39,566 nucleotides of DNA from a virus (IMGVR_UViG_3300030381_000063:1-39566); one strand, 5' to 3'; counted from the first letter of the stretch, positions 1-7,993 are shown. Notes: generated by a model from the sequence alone, not told the origin. Made by a program: numbers and translations.

Positions 1-99
1 AACAGCGCCAGAACTGCCGAACGGCAGCGCGTGGGAGCAGACGATCACAAAGACAAACTTTTTTGAGCAGAACTGGTTTGTACTGAGCGGCGAATACTC
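1..99. repeat. Terminal direct repeat copy 1 (identical to 39468..39566)
   Basis: Bases 1-99 (aacagcgccagaactgccgaacgg...ctgagcggcgaatactc) recur exactly as the last 99 bases. An ORF reads through the junction without a stop. Confidence 0.95.
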
Positions 100-502
100 T
101 ATCGCAAGGCTGGAAGGGAAACAGTTTGCCGTCCGTGTTTTGGTATCCCCAAGCGGCGGTTCTTACGGCAACCATCCGGAATACGCCGACTTATATCTCC
201 GCTGCGATATCGGGGATGCTAAGGGGACAGCCGAAGAGCCCGGCGATCTCCCCAAAACGCCAACGTATTGGTATTTCGTTGGAGAAGCTGATGCAGGGAC
301 GGAAATCACCGTTGTTTACGGGATAACAAGCAGCTCTTCCAGCAGAAGTAACGGCACGGTCAATCTGACCGCCCCCGCGCTGCTCGGCTCGACGGTTTAT
401 TTTAAGGTCGGCGGCGTATGGAAGCAGACGACGCTATATCGCAAGGGCGGCACTTGGAAAAATGCGCTGGCAAAATTCAAAACGGGCGGCGCATGGAAAT
501 AA
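2..502 (+). CDS. Tail-fibre-associated protein, 3' part of a junction-spanning gene (ATG at 39454; 171 aa in total)
   Basis: The frame of ATG 39454 continues through 39467->1 to TAA 500-502. The C-terminus has three GGxWK repeats (VGGVWKQ, KGGTWKN, TGGAWK). It lies between two tail-tip modules. Confidence 0.75.
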   Translation, partial: TAPELPNGSAWEQTITKTNFFEQNWFVLSGEYSIARLEGKQFAVRVLVSPSGGSYGNHPEYADLYLRCDIGDAKGTAEEPGDLPKTPTYWYFVGEADAGTEITVVYGITSSSSSRSNGTVNLTAPALLGSTVYFKVGGVWKQTTLYRKGGTWKNALAKFKTGGAWK

Positions 503-518
503 AATAAGGGGGAAAATC

Positions 519-1166
519 ATGAAGGGAATCACTTTCGGCACATATCACAGCTACGATGATTTCAATCTACTTTTGACATCGAAGGAAGTTGCAGCCCCGA
601 AAGTGAAAACGATTGAAATTGACGTTCCCGGTGCAGACGGGGCGCTTGATCTGACAGAGTTTTTCGGAGAACCGAAGTATGAAAACGTCACGCACAAATT
701 CAAGTTTTCAACGATAGTGCCACAAAGCGAATTCCTTACACTTTTTTCAACCATCAAAAACGCGATACACGGTAAAATGCAGCGGATCATCCTTGACGAT
801 GATCCGCTTTTTTACTATGTCGGGCGGTGCTTCGTTTCATCTTTCACGAATGAAAAGAACATCGGCAAAATAAGCGTGGAGTGCGATTGCGAGCCGTACA
901 AATACAAGCTTGCAAAAACCGTTGTCACGCAGACGGTGAACGGCGAAAGCGTGATTTCCCTGCCGAATCTCCGAAAGCGCGTTGTTCCGCTGGTAACGAT
1001 CACAGCAGACAGCGCCCTGCATATCGTCTATGAAACATACAACATTTGGGACTTGGGCAGCGGCAGCTACACATTGCCGGAAATGGAACTGAAGGCCGGG
1101 AACAACAGCGTTTCCGTCAGCGGAGAAGGAACGATTTCCTTTTCCTATCAGGAAGCGGGGCTGTGA
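519..1166 (+). CDS. Distal tail protein-like (Dit-like), second copy
   Basis: ATG 519 follows a GGGGGA RBS. MKGITFGTYHSYDDFNLLL...IEIDVPGADGALD fits the siphovirus Sipho_tail/Dit N-terminal pattern. It lies directly upstream of a Tal-like gene. Confidence 0.8.
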   Translation: MKGITFGTYHSYDDFNLLLTSKEVAAPKVKTIEIDVPGADGALDLTEFFGEPKYENVTHKFKFSTIVPQSEFLTLFSTIKNAIHGKMQRIILDDDPLFYYVGRCFVSSFTNEKNIGKISVECDCEPYKYKLAKTVVTQTVNGESVISLPNLRKRVVPLVTITADSALHIVYETYNIWDLGSGSYTLPEMELKAGNNSVSVSGEGTISFSYQEAGL

Positions 1167-1168
1167 TT

Positions 1169-2779
1169 ATGTACAGGGTATATTGTGACGGCGCGACGCT
1201 GTATAACAGCAGCCTTGAAAGCCTGAAAATCTTCAATCCGTCCTTGGAATTGGAGCTGAACAAGACCGGCAGCTTTCAATTCACAGTTTATCCCGATCAT
1301 CCACAGTACAGCGCAATAAAAAAGCTGCGGTCGATCATCACGGTTTATCAGGATGATTATTTAATCTTCCGTGGGCGCGTTCTTGACGATGAAATTGGCT
1401 TCTACAACGAAAAGCATGTGACCTGCGAGGGCGAGCTTGCTTTCCTTTTGGACAGCATCCAGCGCCCTTATGACTATTCCGGGACGGTTTCCGGCTTCCT
1501 GAATCTGCTGATAGATAACCATAATGCACAGGTGGAAGAATCCAAATGGTTCACCGTTGGAAATGTCACAGTCACTGATCCGAATGATTATATCGTCCGG
1601 TCAAACATCGACTATGTTGATACATGGACAGAGCTGCAAAAGAAGCTGATTGACCTGCTCGGCGGCTATATCGTCATCCGGCATGAAGGCTATATCAACT
1701 ACATTGATTATCTGCAAGATTTCACGCTGCTTTCTCCGCAGAAGATCACCTTCGGAAAGAATCTTCTTGACCTGAAGCGGATCAGGAAGGGCGCAGACAT
1801 CGCAACGGCGCTGTTTCCGCTTGGCGCAAAGCTGAAGGACGGTGAAGGCAAGGACACAGACAACCGCCTGACGGTTGCCGCCGTCAATGACGGCCTTGAT
1901 TATATCGTCGATGAGGAAGCCGCCGACAGGTACGGCCTTATTTTTGCAACGCATACATGGGATGACGTGACCGAAGCGTCAAACCTTCTGGCAAAGGGAC
2001 AAGCATACCTTTCCGGCCTTGTCAACCAGCCGGAAACCATAGAGCTGACAGCGGCTGACCTTGCGGCCGTTGACGCTTCCTTCAGCAGTTTCCACCTTGG
2101 AACATACGTCAAAGTTACAAGCGATCCGCACGGGATAGACCAGAATTTTCTTGTGACAAAGCTGTCTTTGAAGTTGTTAGAGCCAGGCGCAAACAAGTTG
2201 ACGCTTGGTGGCGCATTAGAGGGCATTTCCGGGGCGCTTGCGGGACTTTCCGATGCACAAGGGGAAATTATACTGCAAATAGAAAATGCGTCCAAAACGG
2301 CTTCTACGGCCATTTACAACGTGGAACAGAATTTGCTTGCATCCTTGCAGGTGTCCGAAGAAAACATCAAGTCAACCGTTGCGGAAAACTACTATCTGAA
2401 AGACGATACGGACGCTCTTGTTTCCTCTGTCAGTACGCAGATTGAGCAGACGAAGGAAAGCGTTGAAATCCAGTTCAACCAGTTCAGCGCCGACATCGAA
2501 GCGGTAGCGGCTGGTACGGATGCAGAGTTTGAAGAGATACGGAAGTATATCCGCTTTGTGGACGGCTCTATTCTGCTCGGACAGGTCGGAAATGAGCTTG
2601 AATTGAAAATTAGCAACGACCGGATTTCTTTTCTTCAGGACGCCGTTGAAGTGGCGTATTTCTCGGACAATAAGCTATACGTCACGGACGGGCATTTTAT
2701 CCATTCGTTACAGCTCGGCGATTTCGCTTTCATTCCCCGCGCAAACGGCAACCTGTCATTCAAAAAGCTATCGCTTTAG
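1169..2779 (+). CDS. Tail-associated hub / minor structural protein (Tal-like, Prophage_tail N-terminal type)
   Basis: ATG 1169 abuts the upstream TGA. The protein is 536 aa. Its C-terminal LKISNDRISFLQDAVEVAYFSDNKLYVTDG..LQLGDFAFIPRANGNLSF is the conserved end of Firmicutes siphophage tail-tip (Gp58-like) proteins. A central coiled coil is present. Confidence 0.8.
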   Translation: MYRVYCDGATLYNSSLESLKIFNPSLELELNKTGSFQFTVYPDHPQYSAIKKLRSIITVYQDDYLIFRGRVLDDEIGFYNEKHVTCEGELAFLLDSIQRPYDYSGTVSGFLNLLIDNHNAQVEESKWFTVGNVTVTDPNDYIVRSNIDYVDTWTELQKKLIDLLGGYIVIRHEGYINYIDYLQDFTLLSPQKITFGKNLLDLKRIRKGADIATALFPLGAKLKDGEGKDTDNRLTVAAVNDGLDYIVDEEAADRYGLIFATHTWDDVTEASNLLAKGQAYLSGLVNQPETIELTAADLAAVDASFSSFHLGTYVKVTSDPHGIDQNFLVTKLSLKLLEPGANKLTLGGALEGISGALAGLSDAQGEIILQIENASKTASTAIYNVEQNLLASLQVSEENIKSTVAENYYLKDDTDALVSSVSTQIEQTKESVEIQFNQFSADIEAVAAGTDAEFEEIRKYIRFVDGSILLGQVGNELELKISNDRISFLQDAVEVAYFSDNKLYVTDGHFIHSLQLGDFAFIPRANGNLSFKKLSL

Positions 2780-2790
2780 GGGGCGCTGGT

Positions 2791-4569
2791 ATGGCTAAAT
2801 CAGGAACGATAACAAAGGCGATCCGGACAGGCTATCAGATGAAAATCGTCTGGACGGTTGGCAGTCAGTCTGCGGCAAACAACACTTCCAGCGTAACGGT
2901 CAAGGTGCAGCTTGTATCAACCGGCGCAAGCTACACCATCAACAGCAGCGCAAGCAAGAGCGGAAGCCTGACGATCAACGGCACAAAATACACGTTTTCC
3001 TTCTCCGCTTCCCTGTCCGGCAATCAGACAAAGACGCTGTTCACAAAGACCGTCACGGTGGCGCATAGCGCGGACGGAAGCAAGACTTGTTCTTTCGCGT
3101 CCACCATCGGCATCAAGGTCACGCTTGGCGGTACATACTATGGTGATGTTACGGCATCCGGCAGCGGCACATTCGACACGATCCCACGCGCCACGACGCC
3201 CACGCTGTCAGCAAGCAGCGTAAACATGGGATCGAGTATCACAATCAATATGCCAAGAGCGGCGAGCGCCTTTACGCACACGCTGACGTATAAATTCGGT
3301 AATGCAACCGGCACGATTGGCAGCGGCCTTGGTACAAGCAAGGCTTGGGACGTTCCCCTTTCCCTTGCAAGTCAGATTCCGTCCGGCACGTCCGGTACAT
3401 GTACAATCACCTGCAAGACCTACAACGGAAATGCGCTGATAGGCACAAAGACGGTATCCTTCAAGGCGAATGTCCCGGCTGCTGTTGTCCCGACAATTTC
3501 AACCGTTTCCATTACGGAAACAGTTTCCGGGCTTGCGGTGCAGTTCGGCGCTTTTGTGCAAGGAAAGTCTAAGGTCAAGATCGGCATTGTGGCGGCGGGT
3601 GCTTACGGCTCTATCATCAAGGCATACAAAACGACCGTTGACGGAAAGAGCTACACCGGCGCAGCGCCCGTAACCGGTACGCTGTCCAGCGGCACGAAAT
3701 CCGTCACGATCACCGTTACAGACAGCCGTGGACGCACGGCAAAGGCCACAAAAACACTGACGGTCATTGCTTACGCCGCGCCTGTCATCCGTGGAATATC
3801 CGCTGTGCGATGCTTGGCAGACGGCACGGAAAACTATGACGGTACGCACGGTAAAATTGGCTTTGGCTTCAATATCTCCCCTGTTTCAAACCAAAACACA
3901 AGCAAATATGTTTTGGAATACAAAGCAAGGGCATCAAGCACATGGATAAAGCTGAAAGAGGGCACAGGGTACACCCTGTCAACCACGCTGATAACCGCCG
4001 CCGACTTGAATGTTGATTCTGCCTATGATGTCAGGCTATCGGTGACAGATTATTTCACCACGATCAGAAAAACCGTGGAGATACCCACGGCGTTCACGAT
4101 GCTGGACTTCAATGCTTCCGGGCGCGGCCTTGCTTTTGGCAAGGTATCAGAGCTTGCGGAAGGCATTGAATTTGGCCTTCCGGTCATCTTCCGCAACGGG
4201 TATTCAATAACAGAAAATCCCGGATGGATAACGGCAAAGCTGACAAGCGACTTTGAAACATACGCCGCAAACGCCGGAAACACATTGCGATATAGGAAGG
4301 TCGGCGGCGTTGTCTATTTGAAGGGCGTTGTCACGCCGAAGGCAACCTTGACGGGCGGCACGGATAACGTGACCATTACGACGCTTCCCGAAGGATACAG
4401 ACCGGAAGTGCAGGGCAATTTCATTTGTCAGGGCAGCGGGACGGCAATTTGGCTTTGCACCGTTACGGCGGCGGGGCTTGTGCGTTTCGCTCGATACAGA
4501 AACGGCGCTGCATGGGCTGACGCGCCGAATAATACATGGTTGCCAATAGATATATCGTTCATCATATGA
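2791..4569 (+). CDS. Putative receptor-binding / tail fibre protein (DUF859-like N-terminus)
   Basis: 592 aa, Ser/Thr/Gly-rich beta-type sequence. The N-terminal IVWTVGSQSAANNTSSVTVKVQL... resembles the siphovirus DUF859 family. It is the last structural gene and is followed by a strong terminator. Confidence 0.7.
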   Translation: MAKSGTITKAIRTGYQMKIVWTVGSQSAANNTSSVTVKVQLVSTGASYTINSSASKSGSLTINGTKYTFSFSASLSGNQTKTLFTKTVTVAHSADGSKTCSFASTIGIKVTLGGTYYGDVTASGSGTFDTIPRATTPTLSASSVNMGSSITINMPRAASAFTHTLTYKFGNATGTIGSGLGTSKAWDVPLSLASQIPSGTSGTCTITCKTYNGNALIGTKTVSFKANVPAAVVPTISTVSITETVSGLAVQFGAFVQGKSKVKIGIVAAGAYGSIIKAYKTTVDGKSYTGAAPVTGTLSSGTKSVTITVTDSRGRTAKATKTLTVIAYAAPVIRGISAVRCLADGTENYDGTHGKIGFGFNISPVSNQNTSKYVLEYKARASSTWIKLKEGTGYTLSTTLITAADLNVDSAYDVRLSVTDYFTTIRKTVEIPTAFTMLDFNASGRGLAFGKVSELAEGIEFGLPVIFRNGYSITENPGWITAKLTSDFETYAANAGNTLRYRKVGGVVYLKGVVTPKATLTGGTDNVTITTLPEGYRPEVQGNFICQGSGTAIWLCTVTAAGLVRFARYRNGAAWADAPNNTWLPIDISFII

Positions 4570-4572
4570 AAA

Positions 4573-4602
4573 GGGGAAGGCGCGAGCCTTCCCCTTATTT
4601 TT
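4573..4602. terminator. Bidirectional rho-independent terminator
   Basis: Stem ggggaagg (4573-4580), loop cgcgag, stem ccttcccc (4587-4594), then ttattttt. An A-run lies on the other side. It sits between convergent genes. Confidence 0.85.
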
Positions 4603-4798
4603 AGTTATTCAGCTTTTCTTCCATCTGCTCCCGTGATATAATCCCCAGACAATAGAGTTCCAAGAGCGATTCTACATATACCGTTTTCCTCTCCTTGTAT
4701 TCCTCTTCGGTTATCATTCCAGCGACTAACAGCTTTTCAAGCAATCCAAGCGTTTTCAATGGTTTCAGCTCCTTGTTTTGATTATATCCATCAGTCAT
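4601..4798 (-). CDS. Small SHOCT-like protein (moron position)
   Basis: 65 aa. LEKLLVAGMITEEEYKERK resembles the SHOCT short C-terminal motif. No obvious RBS precedes the ATG, so the coding status is uncertain. Confidence 0.5.
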   Translation of the reverse strand: MTDGYNQNKELKPLKTLGLLEKLLVAGMITEEEYKERKTVYVESLLELYCLGIISREQMEEKLNN

Positions 4799-4846
4799 GC
4801 GCGGTTGAATGTGCGCACAACTGATGGAAATGGACGGCGCGAAGAA

Positions 4847-6499
4847 TCACGCCTTCAGTTTAACATCAAGCACGATCTCCGGGCTTGTCCAGTTGCCGCC
4901 CGTGCTTAGCGGCGATTTGTAGCGTGTGCGCTTCTGTTTCTGGTCGTAATATCTCACCTGCTGGCTTTTGATCCGCTGCGGCGTGTCCCGGTGATATTCA
5001 ATGCGTTCGATACAGGCTTTCAGGAGCCTGTTTTTTGTTGCCGCGTCAATGTTCGGGTCTTTTAAGGCGTTGAGCGCTTCGGAAAACTGCGTGATCTTCT
5101 CTTCGTAATTTACAGGTTCGGGCATGGATTCGTAAGCCTTGCAAAGCGCCTGTCTGACTTCCTCTTTTTCCTTCAACAGCTTTTCGTTTAGCTGCTGGAA
5201 GATATGCGGCGGCATCCGTTTTGCCGGATCGGGGTCAGCTTGCGCTTCCCATTGGGCAAGCTCTTTTTCGTCAAGCTCTTTCTGCTTGGCTTCCAGATTC
5301 TTGATAAGCCGTGCGTGGAGCTTGGCAGAATCGCCTTCGTCGTTCTTCAAGCGGATTACAAAATCATTGATGCAATCCGTCAGAATCGATATTACGCGCT
5401 CTTCCATTTCGGAATACAGGCAAGAGCCGGTTTTGCAATGGGTTTGTCCGTCGCACAAAAGGCGCGGCGCTGCATCGCGGTTTTTGTATGTCCGAAGAGA
5501 CATAGCACGTCCGCACCTGCACCAGATCAGACCGGCAAACGGATTTCTGACTTTCGTGTTCGGCTTCTGGCGCGTGTTCTTTCCCTTCTTGGCTTGCGCG
5601 GCGTTGAATAGCTCTTCGGGAATAATGGCTTCGTGCTTTCCGTCGTAGATTAGGAACTCCCCTACTTGTGCAACCGGGCGCGTCTTCTTGAACTCCCCTT
5701 CTTCAACGATGGTCAGCGTCTTTCGGTGATTCCACTTGACTTTCCCGATATAGTGAATATTTTGGAGCATCTTTGTCATTGCTGCCGGAGACCAATAATC
5801 CCCTTTCGGCGGCTTGATTCCCATTTCGTCAAACTTCTTGCAGATGTTTGTGCATCCCATGTCTTTGTTGACATACAGATCAAACATCATGCGTACAACG
5901 TCCGCTTCTGCTTTATTCGGAACAAGGATAGGACACTTCCTCTTCCCTTCCGTGACGAACGTTTTATCATATCCGTATGGCGGCGTATTGCCGACATAGT
6001 TTCCCTGACTGACGGACAGCAGCCGCCCACGGTTCAAAATTTTTTTTGTGTATTCCAGATAGTCATTTCCGCGCTTCAGCTCGCGTTCAAAGGCGTCCCA
6101 GTCGTATTCATCCCGCAGGTCATAAATGCGCTGCGGCGTGATGACAAGCGTGTTGGTGTGCTTCAGCAGCTTCATCAGCCGCCCTATATCTTCAAGATCG
6201 CCACGGGTCAGACGCTGCGGCTCTACCACGGCGACGGCCTTATATTTCGGCGATTCTATCAATCTCAAAACGCGGTTGATCTCCGGGCGCTCGGCTATTG
6301 TCTCGCCGGAAACCACTTCCCTGTATTTATTCTCTTCCGGAACGACCGCGCCGAGGTGCTTTTCTGCCCATTCGTCCAACATGGCTTCATGCTTGGAAAG
6401 GACTTCTTCCACAGTCAGCAGCGGATCATCCGAGCGGGATTTTCTTAAATAATCAATGACTTCTTCCGGCTTAAAATCTATCTTCGGTTGATAATACAA
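4847..6499 (-). CDS. int: Large serine recombinase (phage integrase)
   Basis: 550 aa. The N-terminal resolvase catalytic motif is YLRKSRSD. A recombinase domain, a Cys-rich zinc ribbon (CRCGRAMS...CDGQTHCKTGSC) and a C-terminal coiled coil follow. The start is TTG at 6499. Confidence 0.92.
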   Translation of the reverse strand: MYYQPKIDFKPEEVIDYLRKSRSDDPLLTVEEVLSKHEAMLDEWAEKHLGAVVPEENKYREVVSGETIAERPEINRVLRLIESPKYKAVAVVEPQRLTRGDLEDIGRLMKLLKHTNTLVITPQRIYDLRDEYDWDAFERELKRGNDYLEYTKKILNRGRLLSVSQGNYVGNTPPYGYDKTFVTEGKRKCPILVPNKAEADVVRMMFDLYVNKDMGCTNICKKFDEMGIKPPKGDYWSPAAMTKMLQNIHYIGKVKWNHRKTLTIVEEGEFKKTRPVAQVGEFLIYDGKHEAIIPEELFNAAQAKKGKNTRQKPNTKVRNPFAGLIWCRCGRAMSLRTYKNRDAAPRLLCDGQTHCKTGSCLYSEMEERVISILTDCINDFVIRLKNDEGDSAKLHARLIKNLEAKQKELDEKELAQWEAQADPDPAKRMPPHIFQQLNEKLLKEKEEVRQALCKAYESMPEPVNYEEKITQFSEALNALKDPNIDAATKNRLLKACIERIEYHRDTPQRIKSQQVRYYDQKQKRTRYKSPLSTGGNWTSPEIVLDVKLKA

Positions 6500-6532
6500 A
6501 ACGATCAGCTTCTTTCGTGGGTTATTGTTTGA

Positions 6533-7141
6533 TTATATTAAGTTGTCGTTCTCTTTATCCTTCTTTCTTTTCGTTCTGGCCTTTTCTATAAATTGCATTG
6601 CTGTTAGGATGACCGCAATCACCACGGAAGCAAGCAGTCCAAGCTTTTCCACGCGGTTTTCGGCGGTGAAAAAGCCAAAATCCATGTTGCTAATGTCTAT
6701 TACTATATAGCTGCACAGGGCGACGGAAAGGAAGAGGCACAGACCGGCAAGCGTATAAATGACCGGCTTCCGCTCCTTTATCCCGTCTTCCAGCATCCGG
6801 CACTTTTCGCTCAGGTGTTCTATCTGCTGCTCCGCGCTGTTCAGCTTATTTTGAAGCTCGGCAACCGTTCCCGTGTCCGGCTCTTTCGGTGGCTCTATGT
6901 CAAACAGGTTGTCCATAGATAGATTCAGATATTTGCATAGGGCAGCGACATAAAACACGCAGGGGTTTGACAGCGCACCGGACAGGAATTTCGCAATGGT
7001 CGAGCGCGGTATACCGGTCTGCTCTACAATCTCGCGGTGCGTCCGGTGCTGCGCGTTCACGGCTTTCTTGATGTTCTTGTAAAGGTTGTCGCATTGTGGC
7101 TGGATTTGCTGAATAATAGTCCTGTTTTCCATAAAATCCCC
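6533..7141 (-). CDS. Membrane-anchored XRE-family HTH protein
   Basis: ATG 7141 follows a GGGGGA RBS. The domain order is HTH (THREIVEQTGIPRSTIAKFLSG), coiled coil, two hydrophobic helices (VIYTLAGLCLFLSVALCSYIVI; LGLLASVVIAVILTAMQFI), then a basic tail. Confidence 0.8.
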   Translation of the reverse strand, partial: GDFMENRTIIQQIQPQCDNLYKNIKKAVNAQHRTHREIVEQTGIPRSTIAKFLSGALSNPCVFYVAALCKYLNLSMDNLFDIEPPKEPDTGTVAELQNKLNSAEQQIEHLSEKCRMLEDGIKERKPVIYTLAGLCLFLSVALCSYIVIDISNMDFGFFTAENRVEKLGLLASVVIAVILTAMQFIEKARTKRKKDKENDNLI

Positions 7142-7333
7142 CGTTATCCTAACCATACATTGATTTAATCGTCTGCGGCATAGATCATTCCGGTTTGAAT
7201 GTTTACTTCTTATGAAAATACACGCTATTATGTAGCCATAGCAGGTGAGGGGCTGCAACCGATCTGCTCTGCCCGGTCACTCGGTGGCACGGTGGCCGGG
7301 CAACCTTTTACAAAAATGGTATTTGTTTCTGGT

Positions 7334-7361
7334 TTCAAATTTTATTGCAATTTCGTAAAAT
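7334..7361 (+). promoter_or_regulatory. Candidate sigma-A-type promoter for the small ORF at 7398
   Basis: TTCAAA (7334-7339), 16 nt spacer, TAAAAT (7356-7361). Confidence 0.35.
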
Positions 7362-7397
7362 TAACCCGAAGAACATTAGTTCCCCTCTAATGAAAGG

Positions 7398-7520
7398 ATG
7401 TCTAAAATGGATAAGTCAACATACATACACGAAATTGTCAAACTATTAGAAAGATGCAATGATGTCGAACTATTAGACCTTATTTATCAAATCATGCTCA
7501 AAGCATCCACAGGCATTTAA
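7398..7520 (+). CDS. Small helical protein, 40 aa, convergent with the repressor gene
   Basis: ATG 7398 follows a GAAAGGA RBS. The protein is MSKMDKSTYIHEIVKLLERCNDVELLDLIYQIMLKASTGI. Its stop overlaps the stop of the CI-like gene. Confidence 0.45.
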   Translation: MSKMDKSTYIHEIVKLLERCNDVELLDLIYQIMLKASTGI

Positions 7521-7891
7521 TCCAGAAAAGCGTTTAAGCTTTTCCGCTTTTCAGAATCCATCTTACTAATTTTATCTACAATAGATAGGAATTCTTCATC
7601 ACTGCGCAACTTTACAACGATGTCAGAAATGGCATCGTTGTTTTTTTGCTCTTTCGGTCGTTCCATCGGTATATCATACCCGGCAAGCCACATTTCAGCT
7701 ACGTCAAGCACTCTTCCCATTTTGTATAACGCTTCTTGTTTTGGCTCATATCGCCCTGATAGATAACAGCTTATAGACGGCTTGTTAATTCCAGATCGCT
7801 CCGACAATTCAGCAGCTTTCATTTCTCTTATATCAAGGGCTTCTTTCAGTCGCTCTGACGGACTGGAAATTCTTTCGTATTGACTTTTCAC
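7517..7891 (-). CDS. CI-like XRE-family repressor
   Basis: GTG 7891 lies 7 nt after a GAAAGGGG RBS. The HTH is MKAAELSERSGINKPSISCYLSGRYEPKQEAL. The gene is divergent from the early promoter. Confidence 0.85.
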   Translation of the reverse strand: MKSQYERISSPSERLKEALDIREMKAAELSERSGINKPSISCYLSGRYEPKQEALYKMGRVLDVAEMWLAGYDIPMERPKEQKNNDAISDIVVKLRSDEEFLSIVDKISKMDSEKRKSLNAFLD

Positions 7892-7914
7892 ATCATCACC
7901 CCTTTCTCGAAATG

Positions 7915-7943
7915 ATAATAACACTGAAATTAAGAAAAGGCAA
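7915..7943 (-). promoter_or_regulatory. Leftward promoter for the CI-like gene
   Basis: On the minus strand: TTGCCT (7943-7938), 17 nt spacer, extended -10 TGtTATTAT (-10 at 7920-7915). A TTAAGAAAA operator half-site (7930-7938) lies in the spacer. Confidence 0.55.
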
Positions 7944-7970
7944 CTAAAATTCATAAGCGGAGAAAAATAA

Positions 7971-7984
7971 TTAAGTTTTCTTAA
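7971..7984. promoter_or_regulatory. Operator-like inverted repeat TTAAG-N4-CTTAA (O1)
   Basis: ttaagttttcttaa. It is the exact reverse complement of the site at 8033-8046 and lies 10 bp upstream of the -35 of the rightward promoter. Confidence 0.6.
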
Positions 7985-7993
7985 AATTTTGGC

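Noticed and set aside
1-99. The terminal repeat considered as a biological direct terminal repeat (cos/DTR packaging end)
   Set aside because: It interrupts a tail gene that reads cleanly through the junction. It also has the look of an assembler overlap. The question is kept open as something reads could settle, but the repeat is not called a packaging terminus.
462-1168. Long N-terminal extensions suggested by the ORF track (462..1166, 1046..2779, 9796..11106, 6533..7258, 7517..7954)
   Set aside because: The extensions overlap the upstream genes or lack an RBS. Internal starts with proper RBS spacing and family-typical N-termini were chosen instead.
2791-4569. Diversity-generating retroelement targeting the receptor-binding protein
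   Set aside because: No reverse transcriptase gene occurs anywhere in the genome, and I saw no template/variable repeat pair near the 3' ends of the tail fibre genes.
5139-6452. Several plus-strand ORFs (61-260 aa) opposite the serine recombinase
   Set aside because: The minus-strand product has unmistakable resolvase, recombinase and zinc-ribbon motifs. The plus-strand ORFs are overlapping shadows.
7245-7310. The GC-rich structured segment considered as a tRNA
   Set aside because: It has no T-loop (GGTTCGAATCC-like) or D-loop consensus, and no cloverleaf of the right dimensions. No tRNA-like sequence was found elsewhere in the window.
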